Of a DNA stretch of 64,000 nucleotides, positions 23,791-39,099 are shown piece by piece (within the stretch, counting starts at the first letter, position 1; each line of letters opens with the position of its first letter). The translations under genes were made by a program, and so were the position numbers. The notes beneath the pieces were generated by a model. That model saw only the letters and a list, made by a program, of their open reading frames with translations, did not search any database and was not told where the DNA came from. Source of the stretch: Raillietiella orientalis (lineage: Eukaryota); assembly GCA_036172245.1 (NCBI GenBank), contig JAYWIR010000022.1:558001-622000 (forward strand). Direction: 5' to 3'.

Positions 23791-26700
23791 CTACTGACGC
23801 TGCCAAGCACTGCTTGTAGCCAACTGGGATGAATATCTGCTGCTGTAATTACCACGAGGCCACTTTCCAGTTTCCTTGAGCGCCCGAGGCAGCATCAGAG
23901 GATCCGGCGAGGATCGGGCTGCAGAGGTAACTGCTGCCAGTTTAGGATCCTTCGTCCCTCGGAGGAGAGACAAACAAGCGGACACCGAGGGGGAAAACAA
24001 CACTACGTGCATTCCGTATTTGTGCAGACACTCGCCGCCGCACGCGTGAGTGCGACTGAGGCACTAACGGCAGGGTTTTCGAGGCGAAAAGCCAGGAGGG
24101 TGTTTGAGGGTGTGCCTTGCCATTCGTGCTGTTTCACTGCCACGGGGCAGCTTGCCAGCTCGGCGGCCACCCGAGGTGTCTCCTTCACGCCGAACGCGGG
24201 CTCGGACTTGGCTATGAAAAGCTCGGAAGAGTTCGAAACAGGAAAGAACTGAGGGGGTAGACGCGGGGGCATCCACGCGTAAAAAAAAAAAAAAGAAAAA
24301 AAAGCGGCTGCACCTGACAACACTTTGATAATGTGTCGGCAAAGCGCGATGCCAAAGCGCTTTGCATCATTCCTTTGGGAGACAAGGAAGCGCGGATGGA
24401 TCTTTAGCGGGCAGCAACTTATCCTGCGGACTCGAATGCGCAGAACAACAAGAAAAGAAAGCAGAAGACAAACACTGGAACGAACACGTCGTGCACGGGT
24501 GCGGCTGCTACATAGCGTACAAGCATCCAACCGAAGGAATCCAGTACTTAAAGTTCCTTGTGATGTAGCTGTTCCATTCTATTCCGTTCGTTTCCATTTC
24601 CATTCCATTCCATCATGGAGAAAATCTTGGATTCGAAGCCAAGAAGAGAATGGATGCTAACATATGAGGAATAGTTTTCTCACTAAAGGCAAGAATCGTC
24701 ACCCCAGAGACTCGGATTGTGAGCCCGAAGGCGTGCCCATCGACGACCGGTGAATCGGTTGCTTCACCAACGGATTGCAATGGCTTCTACTCGTATTTGA
24801 GGGCAATTGCTTGGATTGGAGGTGAAGGACGCAGCAAAGTGGCGAAGAACAGCTGTTTCTCACCCGGGTGCGCCGGGGCGTTTATTCCTAAACTATCCAG
24901 GAACAGAGTTCCCGGGCAAAGGACATAGAAGAAACGAATGGGGGGATCCCCGACACGCAGGTCGGTAAACCGAAAGTCTGGAACGGGAGGGAGGGGACCA
25001 CAAATACACATATAAAAAATAGAAATAAAGATATGGGGAGGGGAGGGGACAGGGGTCTTTGGTATGGCCGTTCCTTTCCTTCAGAACCGGCTATGGATGC
25101 CGGTGATCTCGCTCCTAACGTCCTCTGGAAGATGGGCCCACTCGGCAGCCGACGCCATGTTCACGCCGGCTATTCCGGTGGCCTGTCGACGAATCGCCTG
25201 CGTCTCCAGCTCTTGGTGGGCCTTGTCGATGGGAGCCCGTTGTGATGGACAGGCCGCCTGGCGTGAAGCGGCGCATCAAGTCCCTCGCGGTGTCCCCCTG
25301 GTGCAGGAGAGCTGAGGCCAGCCTCCGCCAAAGTCCTAGGAGGACACCGCAGTCCGGGAGCAGGTCTCCCCGCACCGTTTACAGTTCGGGGAGACAACTC
25401 CCCCGGAGACACGGTTCGTCCGCTGGTTGGAGTGAAAACCCCAATGCACCAGCATGATGACGTCCTGCTTCCACGAAAGGGGGAACACAGAAGTGTTCAA
25501 ACAAGAGGAAGGGAGTTCTTCGGGGGGCACACTCAAAAGTTCGCTCCACCGGAGGAGTCCCTTCGCGATGTGGCGAGGCGTGGCGGCGTCTGCCAGCTCG
25601 CAAGTCCTCCAGCCGCCAATGTGTCCTGTTGTTCCTGCGAAGGTGCAGGCGACCTCCCATCTCGCCGGTAGGCAGCTGTCATCTCTTGTCCTGAGGGCTG
25701 ACAGCGCGTCGGCGAGGGGCGTGACGGCCAGGCAAGTCCACTTCTCCTGGCTGTTCCAGACCTCATCCACCGTGCAGTACGGGGAGAGGTTGGCTCAACG
25801 GAATTCCAAGAGCGAAACATCCTGCTGCTTTGCCCAGGCATGCATGCGAAGAACAGCTGTGTAGGTATTAGGTTTGAAGTGCTCTGGGAGCACGGCTCAA
25901 GCACACGTCAGTTGCTTGATTTACCGGAATCACGCGTGGTCGTACTGCAGCGTTCTGGGACGTCAGTAGCAGCAGTCACGAACCGTAGACGAGACGGCGC
26001 TTTCGATATGTGCTCGTGTTGCTGTTGATGACAAAGAACTACCGGTTGTCTTTCAATAGGGATCGCATCCCAAGAACAGGTATTCCCTCTGGTATTGTTG
26101 CAAGTCAATAAAATACATGAAAGAAAAAAAAATGTGGTATGAGTGGAAACAAAAAAAATTTACCCTTTTTTTTTTAAAAAAAATATCAAATCGCTGCGAT
26201 TTTCAGTTCTATCGCGTCCTTCACACCTCTGATGAATTCATCAAAAAGACTATTGTAAAAGTCTGGAGGATCAGTTTGAAATTGCCGCTATTAGGTGCAG
26301 TGCACCATTAAAGAGACACTGGTGATGGGAAAAAATGGATATCAGGTTTATAATAATATGTGGGTGATAAGAATTACAATAATAGTGAACTGAAGCTGCT
26401 CACCCTCGTAAATCTGTAAACGGACTTTATACCGATTCTTCAAACTCCATAACTTCATCGTGAACACTTCATTCTGAAAAGCAAAGGCACACGAAATCCC
26501 GAAGAGTTGATCAATGCTAGAGTTCCATCGTCACAAACCGATATTTCACAGATGCACCTAATTTTCCTTAAGGCTGGCCAGGAAGCTGTCGATATTTGGC
26601 TGGAGCTGATCGATGACATTCTCTCAGTATGTTACAAATCAAGGGAAACATTTTCAATTAACTCAGGAAGGGGGGGGGAGAAGAGAGATTATCTCTGGCA

Positions 26701-28728
26701 GTGACTGCGGTGTCCTATGCAATTTATTTTCCGAAATTTGAAGTTTTACTTGTGCCAGTTACCCTGACCCGAAAATACCACTAATACATTTTGTGGCATG
26801 CAACGACAGGAGTGGGAGAAACACCGTAGACGAGAGAGTAGTCTCCTGAGACGCAACATCAAACCCCATCCGGTACCTTTTATCTTGCTTGCCCTGTAGG
26901 TAAAAGCTTAGATTCAACATGTGCCTAGGAAAAAAGCTACAGCATCTATCAGGAAGTCCAGAAATTTCACTTCACCAAGTGGAGTATAAAAAAAAATTGT
27001 AGAAAAAACAAAAACGAAGTGTTTTGTTTCTGATTATGAACAATCCCAGTAGCTGCCTTTCACATATATTTTGTTTTCTTTTACTGGGAAGATTTTCCTT
27101 CTTGTTAATAACAAGATACATCCTGTTAATAATGCTGTAGATACATCAATATGAAGATCATAGTGCATGTTCCAAATGTGTTGAAATATAAAGACTCTCC
27201 CAAGACTTCGAATATACTGTACATCACAAAGAGTATTCAGAAAATATTACACACATGTATTTTTTGTACATAGCTTACAATCTTACAGGGTACTTGTAAG
27301 GAACAGCATGAGATGCTCGTATGTTTCGAAAATAAAAGCATACTCGTACACTTCATTTGCAATATACGTTGCAAACTTTTCAATTCTAAGCTGCTCATTG
27401 TGAAATGAATTAAATACCTAAGCTGCAGTGTGCACATTTGCATTTCGTACGTGAAAAATGGACTTGGCAACGAATTTGAAAATCCAAAATGACATCGTTT
27501 CGAAACCTTCATCTTATTCCGTTGGTAAGACCTTTTACAGGTGCAAATCTAATCCTTGCATGCAAATCATTCTTATTCTCGTTTCTTCCTTGGATGGTGC
27601 TCTTCTGGTGGGCACCAGTCCGAAACAAGTGCACGCTGCACTCTTCTTTCCCAGTCTTTTAGCTTTTGCCGAAAATCGTCAAAGTCTTTCCCCCATTAAG
27701 CCAATTTTGCAAACAAGCACACAAAACGAGGATTAGTGTGCTTTCTCCAACATGGCGAAGAGGAGTGAAAAGTACGTTTTTCAGCTGGGCACTCGTGTTT
27801 TGCGTCATTCCCAAGCTTCCAAAGATTTCCAAGGAACGGAGATTCAGGTTTTGTGTGTTACTGGGCTCACTGGGAACACAAGAAGTCATTTCAGGGGGGG
27901 GGGGGGGGGGATAAATGCAAATGGTTTAAGGCGCGTGGAAAAAAAATAAAAAATAATAATAATGCGAGAACCTTGACTATTATTAAGGAAATTCAAGAAC
28001 GGAACTTGGATAAGCCATTAAACATGCGAGAGTCAGGATTGCCAAGCCTTTTTTCCTCCAGGAATTCTGAGCAACCGAGTACTGCAAGGAACAGGAAATT
28101 GGGTAGCAAACCAGACGAATGGTAGGTCACTTGGAGACAGTCTGAGCTTACCTTGTGTACTTGTTTAAAAAGCTGTAAATTACTAAACCTGATTGTCCGT
28201 AATACCATCATGACTCTCTACGGGGGTATAGTACTTTATTTAATGCATTCCTTTCGCAGGAATTTCACGGTTCCCGAGGATGGCAATAAATTCACACGGT
28301 CCTTCAGTGTTTTTCGGGTTATCATTTGAAGAAAGAAAGGCATCGTGTTCAGGAACGGAGAGGCTTCTGTCCCGAAACTCGAAACCCATACGGCTGTCCT
28401 GGAAAACTGCAGTCGGGATAAAGGGAGTCCCGGGGACCCGTGCTTCTTGCTGGTGTTTGCTGGCCGTGGAGGAGTCCAGGGATGCCTTTGTGGCTCCACG
28501 GAACTATCTCCAGGAACAGAATTTCGAAATCCCCGTAGGGGAGAGTCGCACACGAGTTTGGCCTACGCGGTGTTGCTGCTCGCGTCCGCGCTGCGGCCCA
28601 CTGCAATTTCACGAAGTGAAGATGTCGAGTTTTTCGGCTGCTGCATCCCAGTTTGCCTTGAGGAAGACGTTGGAGGTGGCGTTAAGGAAACGGAAGAAAT
28701 TTGGAACAGACCGCCAGGAACTCACCAT
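23791..28728 (-). other. Possible unrecognised multi-exon gene divergent from VHL; structure unresolved
   Basis: Minus-strand ATG|GTGAGT at 28728-28720 opens a 69-nt pyrimidine-rich intron ending ttcctcaag. Further strong donors (AAG|GTAAGC ~28151, G|GTGAGC ~26403) and acceptors follow, but no consistent long reading frame could be assembled. Confidence 0.25.
24940..25830 (-). mobile_element. 5'-truncated L1/Tx1-like retrotransposon 3' end (zf-RVT region plus 3' UTR)
   Basis: LLRWSELLSVPPEELPSSCLNTSVFPLSWKQDVIMLVHWG..PNCKRCGE / LLPDCGVLLGLWRRL. Same family as the 37.7-38.7 kb copies, followed by a T-rich 3' UTR. Confidence 0.65.
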
Positions 28729-28857
28729 GGAAACCCCACCACGCTTTACTCAAATGCACATCATGGACTTGTGAGGTTCCACAAAATGCGATTTGCATCC
28801 TGACTGGAAAGTGCCCCTTTTTTTCCTTCCAAATCCACGATTAATTTAAAGTAGACT

Positions 28858-29759
28858 ATGAGTGATTCTCTTTCCTCCAGAACATTTGAAAGTAAAGTTG
28901 CACCGTTAAAATCTGGGCCATCTTATGAGAAAACGGTTGTCAGCTTTTATAATGCAACCCATAAACATGTTGATGTTCTCTGGATTGATTATAAGGGACA
29001 GCAAGTGAAGTACAAGGTACAGATGGAGCTGTAAAAGTCTATAAAATAGCTAGTAAATCAGAATTTAAAAATGCGAAATAAACAGTGAACACATTGCTAG
29101 TAAGAGGCACATAATAGTTGGTTCACCATAGAGTTTTTGAAAAAATGTGGTTTTTTCAACAGTACAATACCTGTAATATGAAATGTAGTGATTTGTCGGT
29201 TTGGATGTAAATGCAGATGCTTGTTAACAAGTAAACTATCAATTAATGTGAATGAAAGCTTCAACTTTTGCTTCACCATAAAATTTCAGCTGAAATTTTC
29301 CAAGTTTCCTGATCATATCAACTCTGCAAGAAGACTTTTCCCCATTAATTGTGACAATCCCTTGATTTCAGACAGTAGCACCTGAAAATTATGTTCATCT
29401 TAAAACGTATACTACACATCCTTGGGTGTTTAGAGATTCAAAAACCAGAGATAAGTTACTGGCAGACCTGGAGGAAGTCTTTTTTCCTCCTTCAATGAAG
29501 GTCATCATTATCCAGTGTTGATGAAGTTGTTATTGCTTTTAATAGGTTACTGACAAATTGTGGAACCCAGTGATAATCACCTCACCTGTGTACACCTTGA
29601 AAGAAAGATGTCTTCAGGTAATGAAGTATCAGAATGATTTTTCACTGTATGTTGTAAACTTAGGTGCTCAGATTGTGTTTGCATGATAAAAATGATAGTT
29701 ACCAGCTGCAGCTTCCTTCGAATCTGATTCAAGAAATACTTGATGGACCATCTGTTTGA
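28858..29759 (+). CDS. VHL: von Hippel-Lindau tumour suppressor homologue (E3 ligase substrate receptor), 151 aa. Exons 28858-29016, 29372-29500, 29546-29617, 29664-29759.
   Basis: Spliced translation: ..PLKSGPSYEKTVVSFYNATHKHVDVLWIDYKGQQVKYK|TVAPENYVHLKTYTTHPWVFRDSKTRDKLLADLEEVFFPPSMK|..ITSPVYTLKERCLQ|VLRLCL..YQLQLPSNLIQEI. Contains beta-domain motifs (W.dy.G, TY..HPW.FRD) and the BC-box PVYTLKERCLQV. All introns are GT-AG, phase 0. Confidence 0.93.
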
Positions 29760-29831
29760 TCCTGGAATGGATGGGTGGTTGGGACGGAACTGACAAAAAT
29801 AAGCAATTGCTACATATAAATAAATTGATGA

Positions 29832-31403
<1,572 letters not shown>

Positions 31404-34400
31404 AGTACTTTCCCAACATTCTTCTGTTTTCACTGAGCACAAGCTGATGAAGATTTCGAGTCTCGCTTGCCCCCAAATGTAAATACTTATTGCTTTCAGC
31501 CAGAATCCATGTTGACTAAGAACCTCCCATTGATAAGTGCCTGTTCCCGAACCGAGATTTTTCTCACATTCTGCAGCACACTAACCTCACTTGCCGTAAG
31601 CCGAAAAAGTGGGAAAGAAAAAACGCAAATGCGGAAGCACAGTTTTCAAATATCTCCTGAAAACAAACATGATTTGGGGGAAACAGCATTTATAGTTTAA
31701 GCGCCCCTATGAATTTTTAGTGTTTTGCTAAGCATCATTACGACGTCTGCCAGCTTTCATTTTGCCGCAGGGATGGAGCGATTTGGATGTTAATTAAAGA
31801 ACACAAATGCCATATTTCATGTGAAATGAGTTTTGGCATGCTCTCTCATAAATTTCCACTTGGCTATTGTAAGATGCATCAAGTTTCAAGAAAAAGTAAT
31901 AACTGAAGGATGTAAAGCATTACTTCTAAACTAAAGCTAACCAGCAACTCCCGGGAGCGCCAATCAGGCCGCCCAGCGGACGCATGATCTCCATCAACGG
32001 GTGCTCAGAATAAAAATTGAGCTGAATCACAGGTTGCACCATCGTGCACGCAGGAAGTGCCCGAACTTTTGTAAAGTTTTCTTCTCTCAGTATAATTTAT
32101 TTCGTCGTATCAGTTTCTAAGCCATAATATGCTCACGAGAGAAGTATCGCCAAGTAAGCAAGAAAGAAAAAAGAAGAAAGAAAAAGAAAGAGAGCAGGAG
32201 GAACGTAGCAGGGTGGACTTGGCATTTACAGAATGGGTTCGATTTTCCTTCCACCGCTGAAGAGTTGCTCCGGTCGGATCAGTTGCATGCATGTGTACAC
32301 AAGGTGTATTGTAGTAGTCTGAAGTTATTTAATCGCAGTATAATTCGATGCAAATGAGACTCAACCGTTTCAACTGCATCTCCATCATGAAACCAGCCTT
32401 AGTAGTCAGAAGCAAAAACATGAACCCTTTTACGTGACTTTGACGCTCATCTAATGTGGCAACCCTGTTTCAAATTGGAATCCCTACTCACAGGTTGACC
32501 GACACGACGACCCTAGGAAGGAAGCATCCCTAATGGAATAGGAAACATCTCTAGAAGCAGCTCAAGAGGGTGAAGTATGGGAGGCACATTCCAAACCTGA
32601 GCTCTCCTCATACGATACTCTGGACGCTTGCAAGCGGATTGCAAGTGCCCCTGTCGGCAGAAGACCTTAGTCGGTAGTCTGCAGAGTTGATGATACTCAG
32701 CAGCGCTTATTCTTAAGTTTCTTAAGTGCTTCACATCTTTCAGTCCCGCACAAGGGAAAATTCCGACCATGCGCCGATCGTTTGCCGCGCATGCGCGCTT
32801 CAAACTTCTATGATGAAGTGCTTTCCTGTTCCATCTCCAACTGACAGATAAAATCAAGTGCTTTCTCTCCTTACATGATCTTTAAAATGTACAACTTGGG
32901 GATTTGGAGACTATATGTATATACTGCGTGCGTGCATGCGTGTAGATATTCCATACACACACAGGCTTGCACGCACGCAGAGTTACTCCTATCAAAGATG
33001 TTTTTTGGATGTGTTGAACAGCGAATTTACGCTGTAACTTGTTTTGTGTTTTCTGAATTCAGTTATAGACCATACGGTTGCGAGATTTTTTTTTTTTTTT
33101 TTCATTCTGCGGGGAAGAAAAGCAAGAAGATGAAGATAAACGTCGGATGCTGGAGGAAAAAAAAAAAAAAAAAGCGGAATTTTCGAGCTTACCACTAGTA
33201 GATAACTTGTTCGAATGACCTGGAACTCAGGTGGACAACCAATAATCTCGGGACTCGAGTGTTAAAAGTCCTCAGGACTCCAGTCCTCTGAAGACACAGT
33301 CTGCCTGTAGAGAAAGGAACACTAGCGGATTGCAGATTGCTGTTTTTTTTAACACTCTCCAGTTGAAAGTGAGGGGGAGAAGCGAAAACGCAGAAGACAT
33401 CATCAAAGGAATAAACTCGGGAAGCACCTCGTTTTTTGTTTTTGTTTTTTGCATTGCTTTTGTTTTTGTTTTTTTCCTCCCTCAGCATTTTCTGAATACT
33501 TGAGCTCGAGAAAAAAGCTCGGGGAAAGCGCAAAGTGGAACTTCTGGTGTGGAAACTTTGCGTGTCAACTATTACTAAGCAGAGAATGAATTCACTTTTG
33601 ATTTTAGCGTTGCTTTCCTATACTGAAAGCAAAAAAAAAATCACATAATTAGGCGCCTCCCCATCCATAATCATTTCCCTCCTGATCCGATCTGTTGGTC
33701 AGCTCGGGAAGCGGAAACCATGGAGTGTAGCGCATACTCTGGAAATTCGTGTTTTATGTGACGCCACTGCGAAACACGCGAAAGTTACCTTTCCCATGTG
33801 GCAGACGCGTTCCTCAATCAGGTAAGCCAGCTAATCTGGTGCGACAGCTGCCTGTATAATAAAGAGCATAAAAAACTGGAGGATTCCTTCAAAACTGTGC
33901 GTGTACAGCCTCTCCTCTTCCCAAGGAATGCGAGCAGCGGAGCAAAGGAAAAGCAACGGGTGGAAGAGACAAAGAGGACTACACAATCCTCGGTGAGGAA
34001 GACTGCGGTTTGACTTCATCCCATTTCTGCTCTTGTTGCTGTTCCACCCTCTGAGTCCTCCTCGAACCCTGAGAGATGCAGAGACCCGGCTTGTTGTCAA
34101 CTCTCGTTTGCTGTCAACCGAAAGGAACACCGGTGAGAACAGCTCTGGGAAACTCCTCCCCGAATCCCTCGATCTCGGCCAGGAAGTCTAAGCCTCAGGA
34201 ATACGAAGGAAAGAAAACCATCCGAATTGAGAACGCAGATCCGAAGGTTATGAGAACCATGCGCTAAAGCCGAGCCACTGGGCTACTTGATGCTTTCGAT
34301 CGTCCGCGTGGTCGGCAAGGAAAAGAAGGCGGAAGAGCGTCTCCACGCCCATCTCCCTTCCATGTGTCTCGGTCTCCCGAATGATCGCGGAGGAAGACAC

Positions 34401-36791
34401 GACCTCACCTTCTGAAGGAGGCAGGCGGATACCAAACTGCGGGAGCGGACTCCGCGTTGTTGCCTAGGTAACAGCCTCCGCACCGACGCGCGGCGCTATG
34501 CGGGCTGCCTTATTCCTTCACCTACGAAAATTACGTATGGGGGTGAGATAAGAGCCCGCTCTGAAAGAGTGGAGCAAACTTTCAAGCCTCGAGGGGGCGG
34601 GGATACAGGGGAAGGATAGTGGTGCCTTTCGAATGATGATCAGGACTGTACGGGGTCCGTGAAGAGCGAGAAGCGGTCCAGAAAGGGGAACTGAGAAGGG
34701 AGAAGGATTCTGAAAGACTCGGACAGCTGAAAATTCTCCGGGAAGGGCGGGAGATGAGAGGGAAAGGAACGGCACCGGGGTCGCCTGACGAAGCGAAAGC
34801 TGGGAACGTAATCGGGGACGGAATGTTGGCTCTCGACGGCCCGACCCGAGCTCATAGACTCTTCGCTCCAGCCTCCACCACTCCGTGCTCTGCACGATCG
34901 AAACATCCGTTCTCGGAGGGGTGTCCTTGCCGCGCGCGTGCTCGGTCTGTTCGCTGCCCCCCTCGAGGAATCCGCTTGCTACCGCGCAAGGGGATCGCTT
35001 GCCATCCAATGTCCCCCGGGTTAGCTCCGGGCACTCGTTCCTCTTGTCCTCTTGCTTTCACCTAGGGAGTTTCCTCTTTGGAGAAATAGGTGGTTAGAAA
35101 GAAAAAAAAAAATGTTGCAGATCGGATGTTTCCTTTTTTTTTTTTTGGCTCCCCGACACACCCATTTGCATACAAGCATCGCCTTCAAAATCCTGCTGGA
35201 TCGATGCTCCCTAGGTTTCAGGTAGTCTAGGCAATAATTTTTTTTTTTTTTTCCGAATGGACCGCAAGGAAAGTCTTCCGGTTTATGTCCTCCACTTATA
35301 GCTCCTCTTTTCAAACGGTCCTTAGCTACTGCCCAATTTACAGCCCACACAATGACCCGCCTCTGGCGATCGAAACTTTCTTCGACGGTTTATGGATCCA
35401 CTTTCTTCCTTATAGAATCGCGTGCTGAAGAGCCCGTTAGTCTACAAGCAAAGGAACACAGCCACCGCTGGACTTGCCAATACGTCGATGCTGTTCTGAA
35501 CCACAAACCTCACTCACTTACCACCCCGAGTGGACGCGCGCACACACCATCCACCGCGCCGGAGAATTCTGCGGTCATCCACTGTAGTTCGGCAGGGAGG
35601 CGGCGTGGCCACGTTCACGTGGTGGCGCCGCTGGGGGTGACGCAGTCAACACCTTTTAGCGAATCCATTGCGCCACCCGAGGTCACGTGACCCGTCCGCG
35701 CGGGAGGGACGCTCCTGCATTTCGGAAGAGGGCTGTGCGTTGGGGCGCAGTCCCCACGTGGATACATGGAGGGCGTGAGGTAGGGTGGTGGGGCGGCTCC
35801 TTCTCGTGCCCGTTGCGGAAAGTGCGGTTGCCCCCCGACGCTGAGCAGCCGCTGTTCTCCATGAAGAAGCCTCGGAATCCACCACACGCGTGCGCCTTAT
35901 CGGCTGGGCAAACCTTTTGGATACGTCTGTCGTCGCGTGTTGACGGTCCTGCGACTTGTTCCGGGCGGGAAGGGGACAGCCCTCCCCTTCAGACTGGACA
36001 GTCCGTTTCCTGGCGGTAGCTGCTTCCTCCCCTCCGGCAGAGCGAAGGCCGGTCGGGGCGGGAATAGTGGGCGGACAGAAACCGCGCGCGCGCTCGCCTC
36101 CAACCCTTTCTTCATATAGGTCATATCCTCTGTGGCCTGAGCAGCCTCGTCTTCCGCCCCCGCGGGATGCTCTAGTAGTAGAAGGCGTGGATCTATATCA
36201 GGGATGGATCCAATCCGCCGGGCCAAGAAAGCAGAACAGTAGACCTTTCTTGCGATGTCTTGGGGGTGGAAAGCGTGACCTCGCGCCGCGGAAGAAAGGT
36301 GCAGGGGCGGGTGGGTCCCTGGACGCGTTACACGGATACGTGCGAAGGCAAGGGTGAGGAATCCTCATTTTCCCCATCACCACTCCCTTGCGGCGAGTGA
36401 AAGGTAGGTTGGTTTCAACATCTTCGTTACATTCGTGAAACCTTGCTCTGGGGATCCGGGAGTCCTGTGTGTGTGTGTGTTCTTTTCTCTTCCCCCCTCC
36501 CTTCCCCTCTCTCCCTCCTTTTCTTGCTAGCATGCCGGTGCCGGTCCGTGACGCATCATCATCAAGAAATGCGGAGATCGCTTTCGTTGCCCCCTCCCCC
36601 TCCCCCGTCGCTACGCAAGAGATCGCGCCCTCTCTCGCAGTCGAGAAAGCGTCGCCGCAGAGCCGGCGAACGATTAGGTTTTGCCTTCGCCAAAGCCGAT
36701 GGCGCCGCTCTGCGCTCGGCCTGGCCACTGTCGGCGTTCCACCCACCCGAGTTCGTTCTCCTCCTCCTCCCTTTCCGAGGACAAAAGTGAA

Positions 36792-36821
<30 letters not shown>
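36792..36821. repeat. (AAT)10 microsatellite
   Basis: Direct reading of the sequence. Confidence 0.95.
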
Positions 36822-36827
<6 letters not shown>

Positions 36828-37539
36828 TAAAGTTCGCCCATCCACGCAACATGACGACTGCCTCATCCCTCTTGATCACATCGATAAATAAGAAGAGAAA
36901 TCCGGGATGGCAAGATGATTGCGAGGGCTGCTTCGCTGCACTCGGCGGAAAATTTACGAGCGTCGTGCGCAGCGTTTGCCCGATGAGTGATGTCACTGCT
37001 CGAAATCGACTCGGTTTCGCATCGCTGAGCGTCGCCTCACTTTCCCCGCGGCCCGCAGGAAGCCCCCTCCTCCACCCACCCCCCACCATTCTCCCGGTTA
37101 ACAAGCGCAGCAAGAGCGGAGCACCGCAAAAGTAAATAAATGAAATAAGCAAAAGCAGACCGTTCCCCGCCCCACCTCTCTCCCGCGCGCTGAAGGGCTG
37201 TGGCGGAAGAAAAGTTCGGGAGGTCGTGAGTCGAGGGCGAAAGAGGCGCCCTGCGAACGTGGATCGAGAGCCGCTCGTCCGGCGGTGCTCGACCGCGTAG
37301 TGGACAGCACTCCCCTCCCGGCAAGCAGTTGAATCGGGTCCGGGAAACCAGGGAGGAAGTCTCTGCTAGTCGTTCGCGGCGTTTGACGGGCGCGCCTCGC
37401 CTCCTTCAGGTCAGGCGCGGCAGATACAGCGGACGCTGCGACCCCGAGTGTCCCCCCGCCAAAAGGACTTTTACGCAGGGGAGAGCTTCTCGCAGTACCT
37501 CTTCCTCCGGAGATGCCACCCGGGTACTCCGGGACGTTT

Positions 37540-38283
37540 ATTAAAAACCCTTCATCGGTCAGTACAGAACGTGGTACCAGGCCCCACTAACGGCCACGCA
37601 ATACCGGACCTGCCGGGACGCCGGGACGCAGCCCGGTGTGACTCTCGTCGGCAGTGGAAGGGGATGGGGGAGAAAACAAAAATAAAATAAAATTGAGAAA
37701 AAACGAAAACAAAAAGAGTTTGGAGGGCCGGGAAGGGATCACATTCCACTACGGGGAGGGCCCATCCTTTGCAGGATGCCCTCGAGGTCCTTCTTCATTC
37801 TACCCAGCTGGGGCCATCCGGGAGCTCTCTGCAGGAAGCGAGCAGCATACGGGATGACGTCCGTCACGTTGCAATCTTCATCTTCGGCATCACTCCAGGC
37901 CGCCACAATACCACGGATGCAGCAAAGTGCTGCGAGGGCTGCGGCTGGACTGAGGGCGTCCCGCACGAAGAGAAGACTGTGAACGTCTCTGGGGTTGCCA
38001 CCGACCGGTATCCCGAGGGCCGTTCCAAGACGATCCCAAAGAATCCGGAGGGCAGGGCAGTCAACTAGGAGGTGGGGGAGGGACTCCCGTTCCCCACACC
38101 TGGCACACGCAGGATTTACTCTTCCCCGTGTCCAGTGGAAGCGGCGCGCGTTGCAGGGTAGACCCCAATGCAGCCACAGAAGCGCCGACTCTTGCCACTT
38201 CAGGGGAAGAATCCTGGATCCAATTAGAACCGGGGGCCACTTCAGGTCATCCGACCGGATGCCGAGCAGCTCGCCTCCTCCTC
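37540..38283 (-). mobile_element. 5'-truncated L1/Tx1-like retrotransposon 3' end (zf-RVT CCHC finger, 3' UTR, AATAAA)
   Basis: ILPLKWQESALLWLHWGLPCNARR..PACARCGERESLPHLLVDCPALRILW (C-x2-C...H-x4-C zinc-binding domain of RT proteins). Followed by a T-rich tract, a GC-rich 3' UTR and AATAAA near 37540. Confidence 0.75.
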
Positions 38284-38285
38284 CT

Positions 38286-38860
38286 CCTCTGGAGGAGGAG
38301 GTGAAGTGGCCCACAGCATGTTGGAACAGAACATCCTCCCGATGAAGTGGCAGGAGGTGTCGTTGCTAACGTTGCATTGGGGAATCCCATGCAGAGCACG
38401 ACTCTCTTACTGGACACCTGGTAGTGCAGATGCCCTCTGCGAAAGATGCGGGGAGAAAGATACTTTGCCGCACCCTCTGTTGGACTGCACCGCCCTCCGA
38501 CCCCTTTGGGATCGTGTATCGACAATCCTGAATATTCACGGAGGCGGCGCCAGGGGCGTTTTTAGGCGCTTCTTCACGCGTGCCGCTCTGCCCCGGTCTC
38601 AGCCATAACAGTACTTTGCTGCATTCGCGGAATCGTGGTGGCATGGAACGCATCCAGAAGAGGCCAGAATGGCAGGATCTTTTTAGAGGCCGCGTCTAGA
38701 TGGGGTCCCTTTGGGCAGTGAAAGGACGCATCTTGTTGGTACCCTAAACAGGATCTAGAGGACGTATCCGGGCGAACAGTGATCCCTTCCCCACTCTCCC
38801 CAGCCCAAGAACAGTTCCCTCTTTCTTGGTTCCACTTTTGGTTTCTTTTTCCCTTCCCTT
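38286..38860 (+). mobile_element. Second, diverged L1/Tx1-like 3' end in the opposite orientation
   Basis: EEVKWPTAC.. / ILPMKWQEVSLLTLHWGIPCRARL..ALCERCGEKDTLPHPLLDCTALRPLWDRV, then a pyrimidine-rich 3' UTR that shares gtgatcccttccc with the minus-strand copy. Confidence 0.75.
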
Positions 38861-39099
38861 TCTCCGCGGGGCGGACCTCGCCGATCTTTGGACTGGTGAC
38901 CGACGAGTTGCTGTGACGTGGCGAACCGGAAGAAAAAATGTAATATACTTTTTTTATTCTTCGGAATAAATGCCCCGGCAAATGCGGGTAAGAAGCCTCC
39001 TTCAGATCAGGATGGCACAGCAAACTGTTACCGCTCTCGGACGGGGTGCCTTGCGTTGTCCATCCACGCTTTCACATACCATGAAGTTCTTTTTATTGC

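Noticed and set aside
29017..29371. snoRNA in the unusually long first VHL intron
   Set aside because: No convincing C/D boxes or H/ACA two-hairpin layout; only short palindromes.
31444..31470. Hammerhead-like CTGATGA core (also at ~56291, and CTGACGA at ~34785)
   Set aside because: No stem II followed by GAAA and no closing stems.
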